Source of the DNA: Candidatus Heimdallarchaeota archaeon
Lineage (GTDB): Archaea; Asgardarchaeota; Heimdallarchaeia; Heimdallarchaeales; Heimdallarchaeaceae
Reading direction: 5' to 3'
Assembly (NCBI GenBank): GCA_018238545.1
Contig: JABCTC010000002.1
Location: 1-64,000, forward strand
DNA: 64,000 nucleotides
Within the stretch, counting starts at the first letter, position 1. Every line of letters begins with the position of its first letter. Positions 47,404 through 57,523 of this stretch are shown here, piece after piece. The notes under the pieces were generated by a model. It was not told where the DNA came from, made no database searches, and was given only the letters and a program-made list of their open reading frames with translations. Made by a program: the position numbers and the translations under genes.

Positions 47404-49206
47404 TTGATACTAATGAAATTAAGGTTAGTTTTCAGAGGGATGCTTACTCTAACATTCTTATGGGGGTTAGTGTATGCACTTGTAATGGGCGCTGTTGCGT
47501 TAGCATATTATTATGGTAGTTTTACAGAAGCACTAGGCATGTCTGCTCTTATCCTATTTCCCGTGGTTGTATCTCTGGGTATAATTTTACTGCAGTTTCT
47601 AATATCTCCTTGGCTGTTAGATCTGAGTTTTAGATGGATGCACAGAATGACTTGGATAGAAGTATCACAGCTACCTCCACACCTTGCTCAATATATTGTG
47701 GATCAGAGTCAACTTCATAATATCTCGATTAAGAAAGTTGGAATGATACATGACAATATGCCAACAGCTTTAACATATGGAAGATTCAAAAAGAATGCGC
47801 GAATAGTTCTTTCTGATGGGATTCTCAACTTACTAACTCCAGAAGAACAGAAAGCAGTTGTAGGTCATGAAATAGGTCATATTGTCCACATGGATTTCTT
47901 ATTTATGACAATAGCCTCGGCCGTACCAATGATCATGTATACTTTTTACATCTTTTCTAGAGGCTTACTTAGGTCTGGAGCTTTATCTAGTGGAGGAGAC
48001 AATAAAGCTGGAGCAGCTATTGCTGCAGTGGCTGTAGTAACTGTTGTCGTTTCCTATCTTTTCTATTTAATTAGTCAATTTATGGTTCTTTTCCTAAGTA
48101 GAGTCCGTGAGTACTATGCTGATAGATTCTCAGGGGAACAAACGGGGAATCCGAAAGCACTTTCAACGGCTTTAGTAAAAATTGCTTATGGAATGGTGAG
48201 CACTCAAGCTCAATATTCTGAGACAATAAACGATAAGACTGTTGATCGAAGAACAAGAGTAAGAACATATCGCAGATCATCTATGTACTCGAACTCTACC
48301 AGATCATTGAATATTTTCGATATTAAAGCTGCTAAAGGTTTAGTAATGACAGCTTATGCTCAATCCGCTGGTGGAGAACTCTCACCTGAAATGATTGTTA
48401 GAGCCGCTGCTTGGGATCTTGAAAGTCCTTGGGGTGGTTTCCTGGAATTGCAATCTACTCACCCGTTAACTGCAAAACGTCTTCTAGCTTTAGATGATTT
48501 AGCAGAAGAAAACAATATGAAACGAGCATTTCCTACACTTGGCACAGATCAAATCAAAGAAAGCCTTTGGGATGAGTTTTTGGTAGATGTTTTCCTACTT
48601 TACATTGTTCCTATACTCACTTTTGTACTTCCAGGTTTAGGGGCTTTATCCTACTTTTATGATTCTAGCACACAGTGGATGTGGATTGGTATAGGTTCTG
48701 GACTAGGGTTAGCTGTTCTATTATGGATCTGGAGAGTGGTTGTTCGATATCCTAAATTAGATGAAGAACTCCAATTGGTTAATGCCATGACTGCAGTAAC
48801 TGATGTAAGTGATGATGGATATGCAGAAGCTTCTCCATTCAGAGGGAAACCTATAAGGCTGCAGGGGACAATAATTGGTAGAGGAACACCCGGCTATTAC
48901 TTAAGTGAAGATGTTGTTCTTCAAGATCCTTCTGGAATTATTACTTTGGATTATAATCCTCTTTTTGGCTTCATGAGATGGTTTACTGCTCTATTTAGAG
49001 TTGATAGATTGATTGGAAACCAAGTGACAGTAATTGGATGGTACAGAAGAACACCAAGACCTATTGTTATGATTAAAAGAATGGAAACACCAGATGGTCA
49101 GGTATTTCGTTCAAATAAGAATATAGCTGGTTGGGTGTTAGTAGGTCTTTTAGCCTTAGGGGCTTTAGTGTGCATCTTTATGGGTTTGCCTTCAATTGGT
49201 TGGTAA
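47404..49206 (+). CDS. M48-family (HtpX-like) zinc metalloprotease with a ~300-aa C-terminal extension.
   Basis: HEIGH zinc motif (VVGHEIGHIVHMDF), multiple TM helices, distal EYYADRF region; 600 aa. Confidence 0.65.
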   Translation: MILMKLRLVFRGMLTLTFLWGLVYALVMGAVALAYYYGSFTEALGMSALILFPVVVSLGIILLQFLISPWLLDLSFRWMHRMTWIEVSQLPPHLAQYIVDQSQLHNISIKKVGMIHDNMPTALTYGRFKKNARIVLSDGILNLLTPEEQKAVVGHEIGHIVHMDFLFMTIASAVPMIMYTFYIFSRGLLRSGALSSGGDNKAGAAIAAVAVVTVVVSYLFYLISQFMVLFLSRVREYYADRFSGEQTGNPKALSTALVKIAYGMVSTQAQYSETINDKTVDRRTRVRTYRRSSMYSNSTRSLNIFDIKAAKGLVMTAYAQSAGGELSPEMIVRAAAWDLESPWGGFLELQSTHPLTAKRLLALDDLAEENNMKRAFPTLGTDQIKESLWDEFLVDVFLLYIVPILTFVLPGLGALSYFYDSSTQWMWIGIGSGLGLAVLLWIWRVVVRYPKLDEELQLVNAMTAVTDVSDDGYAEASPFRGKPIRLQGTIIGRGTPGYYLSEDVVLQDPSGIITLDYNPLFGFMRWFTALFRVDRLIGNQVTVIGWYRRTPRPIVMIKRMETPDGQVFRSNKNIAGWVLVGLLALGALVCIFMGLPSIGW

Positions 49207-49290
49207 TCTTTTTCCCTTTTTCTTTTTATTTGTAACAATGTGTTAAAACATCAAAGTTAAATAATCACAAAAAAAGTTGTTTTCATTCTG

Positions 49291-50265
49291 GTGAAAGCAA
49301 TGGCTGAGAAAAAGACAAGTACAAAAGAAAAAGCCAAAGAAAAAGTTGAAGAGACCATAGAAGAAGAGAAAGAAGAAACAATTCTCGAAAAATATCAGAA
49401 GGCCGGTGAAGTTGCTAAAAGTGTTTTGCAACATGTAAAAGAAATGGCTAAACCTGGTGTTAAAGGTCTGGACTTATGTGAAACTGCAGATAGAATGATA
49501 GAAGAAGCAGGAATGAAAACTGCTTTTCCACTAAATGTGTCCGTTAATAATCATTGTGCTCATTATACCTGTCCTTGGGAAGATGACCTTGTTCTGAAGG
49601 AAGGAGATGTTGTAAAGCTTGATTGTGGGGTGCATTATGAAGGCTACATAGCAGATACAGCAGTAACTGTAGCATTTGATGATGTTCATAACGACCTGAT
49701 TAAAGCTAGTAGAGAAGCAACAGAAACAGCTGTTAAAGTAATTCGTGTTGGTGGATATACTGGAAAATTAGGTGATTTGACAGAAAGTATCATTGAAGGA
49801 TATGGATTTACAACAATTAAAGACCTCTCTGGTCATATGTTAATGCAATATAGAGTCCATGGCCCCAAAACTATTCCCAATGTTGCAGGAAGAAAAGGCA
49901 ATCTTATTCTACAAGATGAAGCATTTGCTATAGAAACATTCGCTTCAACTGGAGCAGGAGAATCTGGTCAAGATAGAAATAAATTGTATATTGTACGTCT
50001 AGCTGATGGAAGATTTCCACTCAGAACTGATGCTGCAAAACAAATTCGTAGGCTTCTTGATAAGGAGTATAACCGCTTACCAGTATCTACCAGATGGATC
50101 TACAAGCATGTAGGTGTTGCAAAAGCTAAGATGGGTTTGAGGGAACTCAAACAAGTAGGTGCATTGTATCAATATCATGTTTTATCTGATATTGCAGGTT
50201 CATTTGTGAGTCAGCACGAACACACCGTATACATGACACCTGAAGGACCTATTCGTACAACTTAA
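49291..50265 (+). CDS. map: Methionine aminopeptidase type 2 with a ~30-aa Lys/Glu-rich N-terminal extension.
   Basis: KAGEVAKSV...; FPLNVSVNNHCAHYTCPW; VVKLDCGVHYEGYIADTA; C-terminal QHEHTVYMT. Confidence 0.8.
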   Translation: MKAMAEKKTSTKEKAKEKVEETIEEEKEETILEKYQKAGEVAKSVLQHVKEMAKPGVKGLDLCETADRMIEEAGMKTAFPLNVSVNNHCAHYTCPWEDDLVLKEGDVVKLDCGVHYEGYIADTAVTVAFDDVHNDLIKASREATETAVKVIRVGGYTGKLGDLTESIIEGYGFTTIKDLSGHMLMQYRVHGPKTIPNVAGRKGNLILQDEAFAIETFASTGAGESGQDRNKLYIVRLADGRFPLRTDAAKQIRRLLDKEYNRLPVSTRWIYKHVGVAKAKMGLRELKQVGALYQYHVLSDIAGSFVSQHEHTVYMTPEGPIRTT

Positions 50266-50349
50266 TAATTCCTTCAAATTTCTTTCTTTTATTTCTTTCA
50301 ACTTTTTCATAAATTTTTACCTAAAACATTTTTAAACATTGTAGAGTTC

Positions 50350-51846
50350 GTGACACATATGAACTTAATCCTCAGCATCGACCAAGGTACTACGGGAACA
50401 CGTTCAATTCTATTTAACTCCAAAGGTGAAGAAGTAGCTAAATCATATGAAGAACATAAACAATTCTTCCCTTCTCCTGGCTGGGTAGAACACGACCCTT
50501 CTGAAATTTGGTTGAAGACATTAAAGACAATTAAAGATGCTGTTAATGTTGCAAAAATAGAATTTTCGGAAATTTCAGGAATAGGTATAACTAATCAAAG
50601 AGAAACAATAGTTGCATGGGATAAGAATACAGGGATTCCTTTACACAATGCAATAGTTTGGCAATGTAGAAGAACTGCAGGAATGTGTGATGAGTTAAAA
50701 AGCTCAGGTTATGCTGAAATTTTCAAGAAGAAAACAGGATTAGTGTTGGATCCCTATTTTTCTGGGACGAAGATAAAGTGGTTATTAGAAAATTCAGAGA
50801 AAATAAAACGCAATTTGGCTGATGATTCATTAGCAGTTGGAACAATTGACAGTTGGTTAATCTATAATTTAACAGGTAATCATGTAACTGATTATTCAAA
50901 CGCTTCCAGAACTCTTCTTTTTAATATTCAAACTGGAACTTGGGATGAAGAATTACTTGAAATATTAGACATTCCAAAACACATACTTCCAGAAGTTCGT
51001 CCAAGTAGCGATAAAGAAACCTACGGAGATACAGGTTCTCTATTCAGAGAATCCATTCCTGTTGCCGGAAATGCAGGAGATCAACAAGCGGCTCTTTTTG
51101 GGCAAAATTGCTTTGATCAAGGAGAAGTGAAAAATACTTATGGTACTGGAAATTTTATGCTGATGAATACAGGTGATGATGCCATATATTCAGATAATGG
51201 TCTTCTTACAACCATCGCATGGAAATTAGATGATACAATCACATATGCCCTGGAAGGCAGTGTTTTCATCACAGGAGCAAGTATTCAATGGTTAGAACAA
51301 GGATTAGGTATATTGGAAGACAAATCAGAGCTACCAGATATAATGAATACTCATCCTTCTACTGAAGGAGTGTATTTTGTTCCAGCTTTTGTGGGTCTCG
51401 GAGCTCCAGATTGGGACCCTTATGCTAGAGGAATAATTGTTGGTCTTACTAGAGGATCTACACGTGAGCATGTTATTAGAGCAGCTTTAGAATCTATATG
51501 TTATCAATCTGAGGATGTTTTCAAAGTTATGAGTATTGATTCTGGCGTTGATATTTCAATGCTTAGAGTCGATGGTGGAGTTACAAAATGTTCTCCATTA
51601 TTACAGTTTCAAGCTGATATCTCAAACGTTCTAGTTCAAAAACCCGTAATAACTGAAACAACTGCACTTGGCGCAGCTTATCTAGCGGGTTTAGCTGTTG
51701 GTTACTGGGAAAACCTGGACGAGATAAAGAGGAATTTTTTGATTGAACAAGAGTTTTTACCTTCAATGGAATCACAGAAAAGAGATGAGCTACTAGATAA
51801 CTGGAAAAAAGCTAAAAACAGATCAAAAAATTGGATAGATAACTGA
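50350..51846 (+). CDS. glpK: Glycerol kinase.
   Basis: ILSIDQGTTGTRSILF N-terminus; GITNQRETIVAWDK; FHSK sugar-kinase fold; 498 aa. Confidence 0.85.
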   Translation: MTHMNLILSIDQGTTGTRSILFNSKGEEVAKSYEEHKQFFPSPGWVEHDPSEIWLKTLKTIKDAVNVAKIEFSEISGIGITNQRETIVAWDKNTGIPLHNAIVWQCRRTAGMCDELKSSGYAEIFKKKTGLVLDPYFSGTKIKWLLENSEKIKRNLADDSLAVGTIDSWLIYNLTGNHVTDYSNASRTLLFNIQTGTWDEELLEILDIPKHILPEVRPSSDKETYGDTGSLFRESIPVAGNAGDQQAALFGQNCFDQGEVKNTYGTGNFMLMNTGDDAIYSDNGLLTTIAWKLDDTITYALEGSVFITGASIQWLEQGLGILEDKSELPDIMNTHPSTEGVYFVPAFVGLGAPDWDPYARGIIVGLTRGSTREHVIRAALESICYQSEDVFKVMSIDSGVDISMLRVDGGVTKCSPLLQFQADISNVLVQKPVITETTALGAAYLAGLAVGYWENLDEIKRNFLIEQEFLPSMESQKRDELLDNWKKAKNRSKNWIDN

Positions 51847-52279
51847 TTATTTCACCCATTATTTCAATAAATCATCCTCTAATCGTATTTGGTTTTGCTT
51901 ATAACACAAAACAATCGTATAAGTATCATTTATACAATCGTTTATACTGAAAATATAATAGATGTCTGTCTAGTATATTCACAAATTGTTATCTACTTCA
52001 TTCTCATTTTAAGCTATAAACTAAAGATGATAAAATCAAAAGAATATCTAGTTAAAGATAATTAAGTTATCTTCTAGTTGTTCGACACTTCTACTAGGTA
52101 AACCATTTCACAGTTATAGGTGCTTAAGATAGAACTTAAAGCTATCATTCTTCTATACCTATTATGTCTTACTCAGTTATACTTACAATTTTTTATTTTA
52201 TAGCAAAGTTTTCTATTCTAGTAACTTGTTAGTGATATATTGAATCATTTATCTCAGTGACTAAATTCGTAATCACCCA

Positions 52280-52321
52280 AATGAATAGACTCTTAACCTA
52301 AATGAATAGACACTTAACCTA
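52280..52321. repeat. 21-bp direct tandem repeat (two copies, one mismatch) inside a 586-bp AT-rich non-coding region.
   Basis: aatgaatagactcttaaccta followed by aatgaatagacacttaaccta. Confidence 0.6.
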
Positions 52322-52432
52322 ACTTAATGATTTTTCAATTAAACAAGAACTTAATTTGTTTAACGTATTACAAAACGTTTTTTTAGTGTAATTATTTTAC
52401 TTAACATCGAGACTTGAGACTGGGGTAAACGA

Positions 52433-52816
52433 TTGACAACATTGCGAGATTATATTGGGGATAACGAAAAAAAACTCGAAGAGGAAAGAAAAAAAGAAGC
52501 GGATAAACACACCGAACTTTTAGAGCAAATTCAACATGAAAAGAAACAAGAAGTTAATTTTACAGGATTTGATGGCAAGTTAAGTGAATTGGTAGATGGG
52601 ATAAGATCAATTCCAAATTATAATAATTTGAAGGGTTATATCAGAGAGAAAATTCTACCAAAGAATCCTAACATAGGCTATAAGAAGCTATCAATTCTTG
52701 CAGGACTAAATCTAGGAGTTGCTTTAGTAATCATGTATGACCTCTACAATGATAAATTAGAAGCAGAATATAATGAACTCCAAGATCCGTCATTAAATTA
52801 TCATTACGAAGATTGA
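52433..52816 (+). CDS. Hypothetical protein (TTG start), with a charged N-terminal half and one C-terminal hydrophobic helix.
   Basis: 127-aa ORF after a very long intergenic region. Start codon and reality are uncertain. Confidence 0.3.
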   Translation: MTTLRDYIGDNEKKLEEERKKEADKHTELLEQIQHEKKQEVNFTGFDGKLSELVDGIRSIPNYNNLKGYIREKILPKNPNIGYKKLSILAGLNLGVALVIMYDLYNDKLEAEYNELQDPSLNYHYED

Positions 52817-52825
52817 ATACAAACT

Positions 52826-53539
52826 TCAGTGCCCTTTGTTTAATCTTTGTCTCAAAGATTTAGGAAGATCTAATTCTTTCATTTTTTCTTGAACAGGTTT
52901 ATGATCATATTTTATGTGAACCATTGTAACATTGAGCGGTGATGTGTTAACAATCGCATAATGTGCTCCAGGTTTACCATTTCTTGGTTGTCCGATTGAT
53001 CCAGGATTAAGGAATTGGAATCTCTTATATTTATCTTTAATCGGAATGTGAGTATGACCTACAAAGAGCATGTCAGTCATAGTCTTTTCAGCGGCTTCCT
53101 TGAGCATGTTTTTCCATTCTTTTTCATCGGTAGCGACAAAATAATCGAATGTTTGAAATGGTGATCCATGGACAAGGTAAATTTTCTTGCCATTTCTTTC
53201 TATGATTTTCTTGCGAGGTAGTTTTGATAACCAAGTTAGATTGTCTTTTTTAAGAAACTTCTTGGTCCAAGTAATCATTTCATAAGCTGTAGGATTAAAA
53301 TAGAAAGCTGGTTCGTCTCCTACAACTCCAGCATCATGATTACCGTACATACTTATCGAACATTTTTCTCTAACGAGATCAACACATTCATTTGGAAAAG
53401 GATAATAACCAACAATGTCTCCTAGACAGATGATTTCATCAATATTTCGACGTTTTTCAATATCCTTTAGAGCAGCTTCTAATCCATAAATATTTGAATG
53501 TATATCGGAAATAACTGCTATTCTTACCAAATAACCCAC
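52826..53539 (-). CDS. Calcineurin-like metallophosphoesterase (YfcE/MJ0936-like).
   Basis: IAVISDIHSN; GDIVGYYPFPNE; GNHD; ...GHTH motifs. Confidence 0.65.
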   Translation of the reverse strand: MGYLVRIAVISDIHSNIYGLEAALKDIEKRRNIDEIICLGDIVGYYPFPNECVDLVREKCSISMYGNHDAGVVGDEPAFYFNPTAYEMITWTKKFLKKDNLTWLSKLPRKKIIERNGKKIYLVHGSPFQTFDYFVATDEKEWKNMLKEAAEKTMTDMLFVGHTHIPIKDKYKRFQFLNPGSIGQPRNGKPGAHYAIVNTSPLNVTMVHIKYDHKPVQEKMKELDLPKSLRQRLNKGH

Positions 53540-53672
53540 CTAAATGATTGTTGTTGAGCTCTTAACCTTAAATTAGTTTTGTATATTTGAAATTTGTCAT
53601 ACGTAAATGAATCTTGCTGTCGAAAGAGCTTAAATTAGTAAAACTTTTCAAGTTGCCTTTATTTGTGTTCAT

Positions 53673-54593
53673 ATGAGTTTTGAAACCTCCATAGGTTCCA
53701 TTGAAATTCGTAACCCTTTAATACTTGCTTCAGGTGTGTTGGGAACCACATACTCAACTCTTCAACGAGCATATGAAGCTGGTTTAGGCGCTGTTATCAC
53801 AAAAAGTATAGGACCACGACCAAGAAGTGGAAATCCTAACCCGAGCGTTTTCGCTTTACAAGAGATTAGAAGCTTGATTAATTCTATAGGATTAGCAAAT
53901 CCTGGATATCAATCATTTAGACATGACATTGAATATTTAGTAAAAAGTGAGACCCCAACAATAGTTTCTATCTTCGGAGAAAATCAAACCGAATTCTCAG
54001 AAGTACTTGACGGTTTAAAAGACCTTAATATTCTAGGTTTTGAACTAAATTTCAGTTGTCCAAATACTGAGAAAGGAGGATCACAAATAGGAACTGATTC
54101 TGAGACAGTATTTAACATTGTTAAAACATTGAAATCTAAAACTGATCTTCCACTATGGGTAAAGCTAACTCCTAATGTTAGTGATATAATAGAAATAGCA
54201 AATGCGGCGGTTAGAGGAGGGTGTGATGCTCTCGTTGCAATTAATACAATAAAAGCAATGGTTATAGATATTCAAACCAAACAACCCATTTTAGGCTTCA
54301 AGAGAGGAGGATTGTCAGGTTCAGCAATAAAACCGGTAGGTGTTCGTTATATTTATGACCTCTATGAAAGTTTAGGCGGAAGAATCCCGCTCATAGGTGT
54401 AGGGGGGATTTACAAAGGAGAAGATGTTGTAGAATATCTCCTAGCTGGCGCAACTGCCGTAGAGATTGGGTCCGCAATTGGTGTTGCATATCCTGAAAAC
54501 ATGATAAGATTCATAACAATGAAAATCAAAAAATACCTGAAAGAGCACAATTACTCATCCGTTGGAGAGATTACAGGAGGTGCCCATAAATGA
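53673..54593 (+). CDS. pyrD: Dihydroorotate dehydrogenase (class 1B) catalytic subunit.
   Basis: LASGVLG...ELNFSCPNT...GGLSG; 306 aa; followed by the pyrK-type subunit. Confidence 0.8.
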   Translation: MSFETSIGSIEIRNPLILASGVLGTTYSTLQRAYEAGLGAVITKSIGPRPRSGNPNPSVFALQEIRSLINSIGLANPGYQSFRHDIEYLVKSETPTIVSIFGENQTEFSEVLDGLKDLNILGFELNFSCPNTEKGGSQIGTDSETVFNIVKTLKSKTDLPLWVKLTPNVSDIIEIANAAVRGGCDALVAINTIKAMVIDIQTKQPILGFKRGGLSGSAIKPVGVRYIYDLYESLGGRIPLIGVGGIYKGEDVVEYLLAGATAVEIGSAIGVAYPENMIRFITMKIKKYLKEHNYSSVGEITGGAHK

Positions 54594-55447
54594 CCAAACA
54601 AACTTTACCTAACACTAAACCAATTATGTGTAAAATAATTAAAAAAGAGGAAGAATGTGAAGATACTTACACATTTCTACTTGAAGTTCCTGTAAAAGTA
54701 CAAAGAGCAAAACCTGGTCAGTTTATTATGTTATGGGTACCTGGTGTAGATGAATTTCCAATAGGAATAGCAGGTTTTGAAAATAATTTTTTGGAAATAG
54801 GTGTTGCCAAAATGGGTGAGGGGACTGAAGCACTACTTAAAAAGGAAATAGGTGACTATTTGGGTATTAGAGGTTTCTATGGAAAGCCATTCAAACCTCC
54901 AAAGAAGGTGAAGGTCAATCATCTGTTAATTGGTGGTGGTTTTGGAATGACACCTTTGAAGATGCTTACGACCAGTTTATTACATCAAGAAGAAAAACAA
55001 GAAATTCATGTATTTGAAGGAGCAAGAACCAAAAGTAGGTTGATGTATCTAGAATGGTTTCAACATCTTCATGACAAGGAAAAACTTGCCTTTCATGCAT
55101 GTACCGACGATGGGTCATATGGAAATCAAGGATATCCAACTGTGGACTTGGAAAATTTTTTGAAAGAATCTGAAGATCCTTCTATTTTTTACGTAGCAGG
55201 ACCAGAACGTATGATGAAAGTAATTTTTGATATTGGCAAGAAATATGATAAAGTAATAGATATGCAAATGAGTCTCGCTGATAGATACATGCGATGTGGT
55301 TTTGGAGTGTGCAGTTATTGTGCGGTAGATCCGACAGGATGGCGAATATGTGTTGATGGACCAATATTCAATACAAAACAGTTAGAACAAATAACCGATT
55401 TTGGTGTCTATAAGAGACTTGATACTGGAGAAAAAGAGAGGATTTAA
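54590..55447 (+). CDS. pyrK: Dihydroorotate dehydrogenase electron-transfer subunit (FAD/[2Fe-2S]).
   Basis: FAD-binding beta-barrel N-terminus; LLIGGGFGMTPL; C-terminal CGFGVCSYCAV cluster. Confidence 0.75.
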   Translation: MTKQTLPNTKPIMCKIIKKEEECEDTYTFLLEVPVKVQRAKPGQFIMLWVPGVDEFPIGIAGFENNFLEIGVAKMGEGTEALLKKEIGDYLGIRGFYGKPFKPPKKVKVNHLLIGGGFGMTPLKMLTTSLLHQEEKQEIHVFEGARTKSRLMYLEWFQHLHDKEKLAFHACTDDGSYGNQGYPTVDLENFLKESEDPSIFYVAGPERMMKVIFDIGKKYDKVIDMQMSLADRYMRCGFGVCSYCAVDPTGWRICVDGPIFNTKQLEQITDFGVYKRLDTGEKERI

Positions 55448-55450
55448 ACG

Positions 55451-56683
55451 ATGGTAATGTTTTCCAATCTTAGGGTATGGGATATAGGAAAGAGAGATTT
55501 TGTTCAACAAGATTTAGATTTTCAAAAAAATGAATCAAAATCCAAAACTTCTAGCATTGAAATAGACGCATCAGAATTAATTGCTATCCCTCCTCTGGTT
55601 GATATCCATGTTCATTTTCGTGAACCGGGATATGAATATAAGGAAAACATATTATCAGGTTCATCAGCAGCACTTTCTAGCGGAATTTCTACAGTTTTAG
55701 ATATGCCAAACACCAATCCTATTACAGATTCAGTGGCAACTATTTTACAAAAGAGAGAATTAGCTAAACGGCAGAATTACGTTGATGTCCTAGTCGCTTC
55801 TGCTTTAACTGAAAAAAATCTTTCAAACCTGGAAGAAATTGAAAAACATGCTGATGCTTACAAAGTTTTTATGTCAGAATCTTTTGGAAATCTTTCTATT
55901 AGTTATGAGACTATAGAAAAGAGCTTAGCAAAACTTGAAGATTTAGAGTCAAGGAAACCTATCTTTTTTCATGCTGAAGATCCAGAAATTCTTGAACAAA
56001 GCAAATCCTATAGTAGTCATAATAGAAGAAGACCTCCTGAAGCAGAAGCTAGCGCAATTCAACAAGTGCTATCTTGGGCTCTTGATTTTCCTAATTTAAA
56101 ATTCCACATAACTCATGTTAGCAGTGGTTTATCATTGAGAATTTTAGAAATATCAAAACATGTAAACGTAACTTTGGATACTTGCCCTAGATATATATAT
56201 TTAAACCAAGCCTCAGAGATGGAAGAAAAATTAAAACAAGTGAATCCTCCTCTTAGAACTAGTATTGATAGTGATATGCTTCTGAAATCCTTAGCTACAG
56301 GACTCATAGATATGGTGAGTTCAGATCATTCTCCTCATACCCTCGAAGAAAAACTGGAGAAGTCTATCAGTGGAATGCCGGGTGTTCAAGAACTAGTTCC
56401 GTCAATACTTTCTTTGATAAATAAAAGGGAAATAGAATGGGACAGAGCAATAGAAGCTCTATATGGATTTCCTTCTGCCTTACTCAATTTACCGAAAATA
56501 GATCTTAGTCAAAACATGGTAATTTTGAACATGTCTGATCCTATAAAAATAACCAAAAACTGGGTAAAATCAAAAGCTAAATGGTCTCCTTTTGAGAATC
56601 AGATGCTTGTTGGTCAGATGCTTTATGCTGTTAAAGAAGGTAAAATAGTGTTTGAGAATGAAAATTATCTCGATCAGAAATAA
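55451..56683 (+). CDS. pyrC: Dihydroorotase (cyclic amidohydrolase).
   Basis: VDIHVHFREPG metal site; DxH near the C-terminus (VSSDHSPHT); sits in the pyr cluster. Confidence 0.7.
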   Translation: MVMFSNLRVWDIGKRDFVQQDLDFQKNESKSKTSSIEIDASELIAIPPLVDIHVHFREPGYEYKENILSGSSAALSSGISTVLDMPNTNPITDSVATILQKRELAKRQNYVDVLVASALTEKNLSNLEEIEKHADAYKVFMSESFGNLSISYETIEKSLAKLEDLESRKPIFFHAEDPEILEQSKSYSSHNRRRPPEAEASAIQQVLSWALDFPNLKFHITHVSSGLSLRILEISKHVNVTLDTCPRYIYLNQASEMEEKLKQVNPPLRTSIDSDMLLKSLATGLIDMVSSDHSPHTLEEKLEKSISGMPGVQELVPSILSLINKREIEWDRAIEALYGFPSALLNLPKIDLSQNMVILNMSDPIKITKNWVKSKAKWSPFENQMLVGQMLYAVKEGKIVFENENYLDQK

Positions 56684-56736
56684 CCCTACTAGAGTTCAAA
56701 AACAATAATTAAAAATGGTCGCTTAATTCTATACTC

Positions 56737-57522
56737 ATGAGTGTTCAAGCACCCGTATTTGTTAAAAAATACGAAGAAGTAACTAAAAAGAAGAATAGTA
56801 TCCTTAGTGTTGGTTTGGATCCAGCGATACCACGTCAAAGGGAAAAGAATATTATACCTACAGAGGATAGAATTAACTTCATGGAGACAATTATAGATCT
56901 GGTCGCTCCATATACAAGTGTAATCAAAATAAATCGTCAATATACTTTAGGATTAACTATTGATAAAATTCGTACAATTAACAGACAGATACATTCGAAA
57001 CAAATGCTTTCTATGTCTGACCACAAACTGGGTGACATAGGTTCTTCTAACGAATCAGCTATTTTCTGGTTTAAAGAGGAAGAATTCGATGCTTTTACAT
57101 TTAATCCCTATAGTGGTAATGTGCTTGAAGCGACAGAAATGGCTCATAAACTTGATTTAGGTATTATAGTACTTACATTGATGTCGAACCCTCAAGCTAT
57201 CCTACAAAAACAAGCAATGATACAAGGAAAACCTCTCTTTCAACATATTGCTAGTTTATGTAAAGCAGCTAGTTCAGACGGGTGTGTTATAGGGGCAACA
57301 GCACATGTTGAGTCATCTGATATTATAGAAATTAGAAAAATCGTAGGGGACAATACTATCGCTCTAGTTCCTGGTGTAGGTGCTCAAGGAGGAAGTGCTG
57401 AAACGTTACTTAAGATCTTTGGAACAAAAACTATGGTTAATGTAAGCAGAGGGGTAATCTATTCTCAGTCTCCAGAGGAAGAAGCGAAGAAAATACAAGA
57501 AATGCTTAATGAATTACTGTGA
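56737..57522 (+). CDS. pyrF: Orotidine-5'-phosphate decarboxylase.
   Basis: LSVGLDP N-terminal motif; DHKLGDIG...; the cluster context supports the call. Confidence 0.65.
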   Translation: MSVQAPVFVKKYEEVTKKKNSILSVGLDPAIPRQREKNIIPTEDRINFMETIIDLVAPYTSVIKINRQYTLGLTIDKIRTINRQIHSKQMLSMSDHKLGDIGSSNESAIFWFKEEEFDAFTFNPYSGNVLEATEMAHKLDLGIIVLTLMSNPQAILQKQAMIQGKPLFQHIASLCKAASSDGCVIGATAHVESSDIIEIRKIVGDNTIALVPGVGAQGGSAETLLKIFGTKTMVNVSRGVIYSQSPEEEAKKIQEMLNELL

Positions 57523-57523
57523 A

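Noticed and set aside
56689-56940. Minus-strand 83-aa ORF overlapping the pyrF start.
   Set aside because: It overlaps the 5' end of a well-supported pyrF and lies within the pyrC-pyrF spacer. It has no motifs and is probably spurious.
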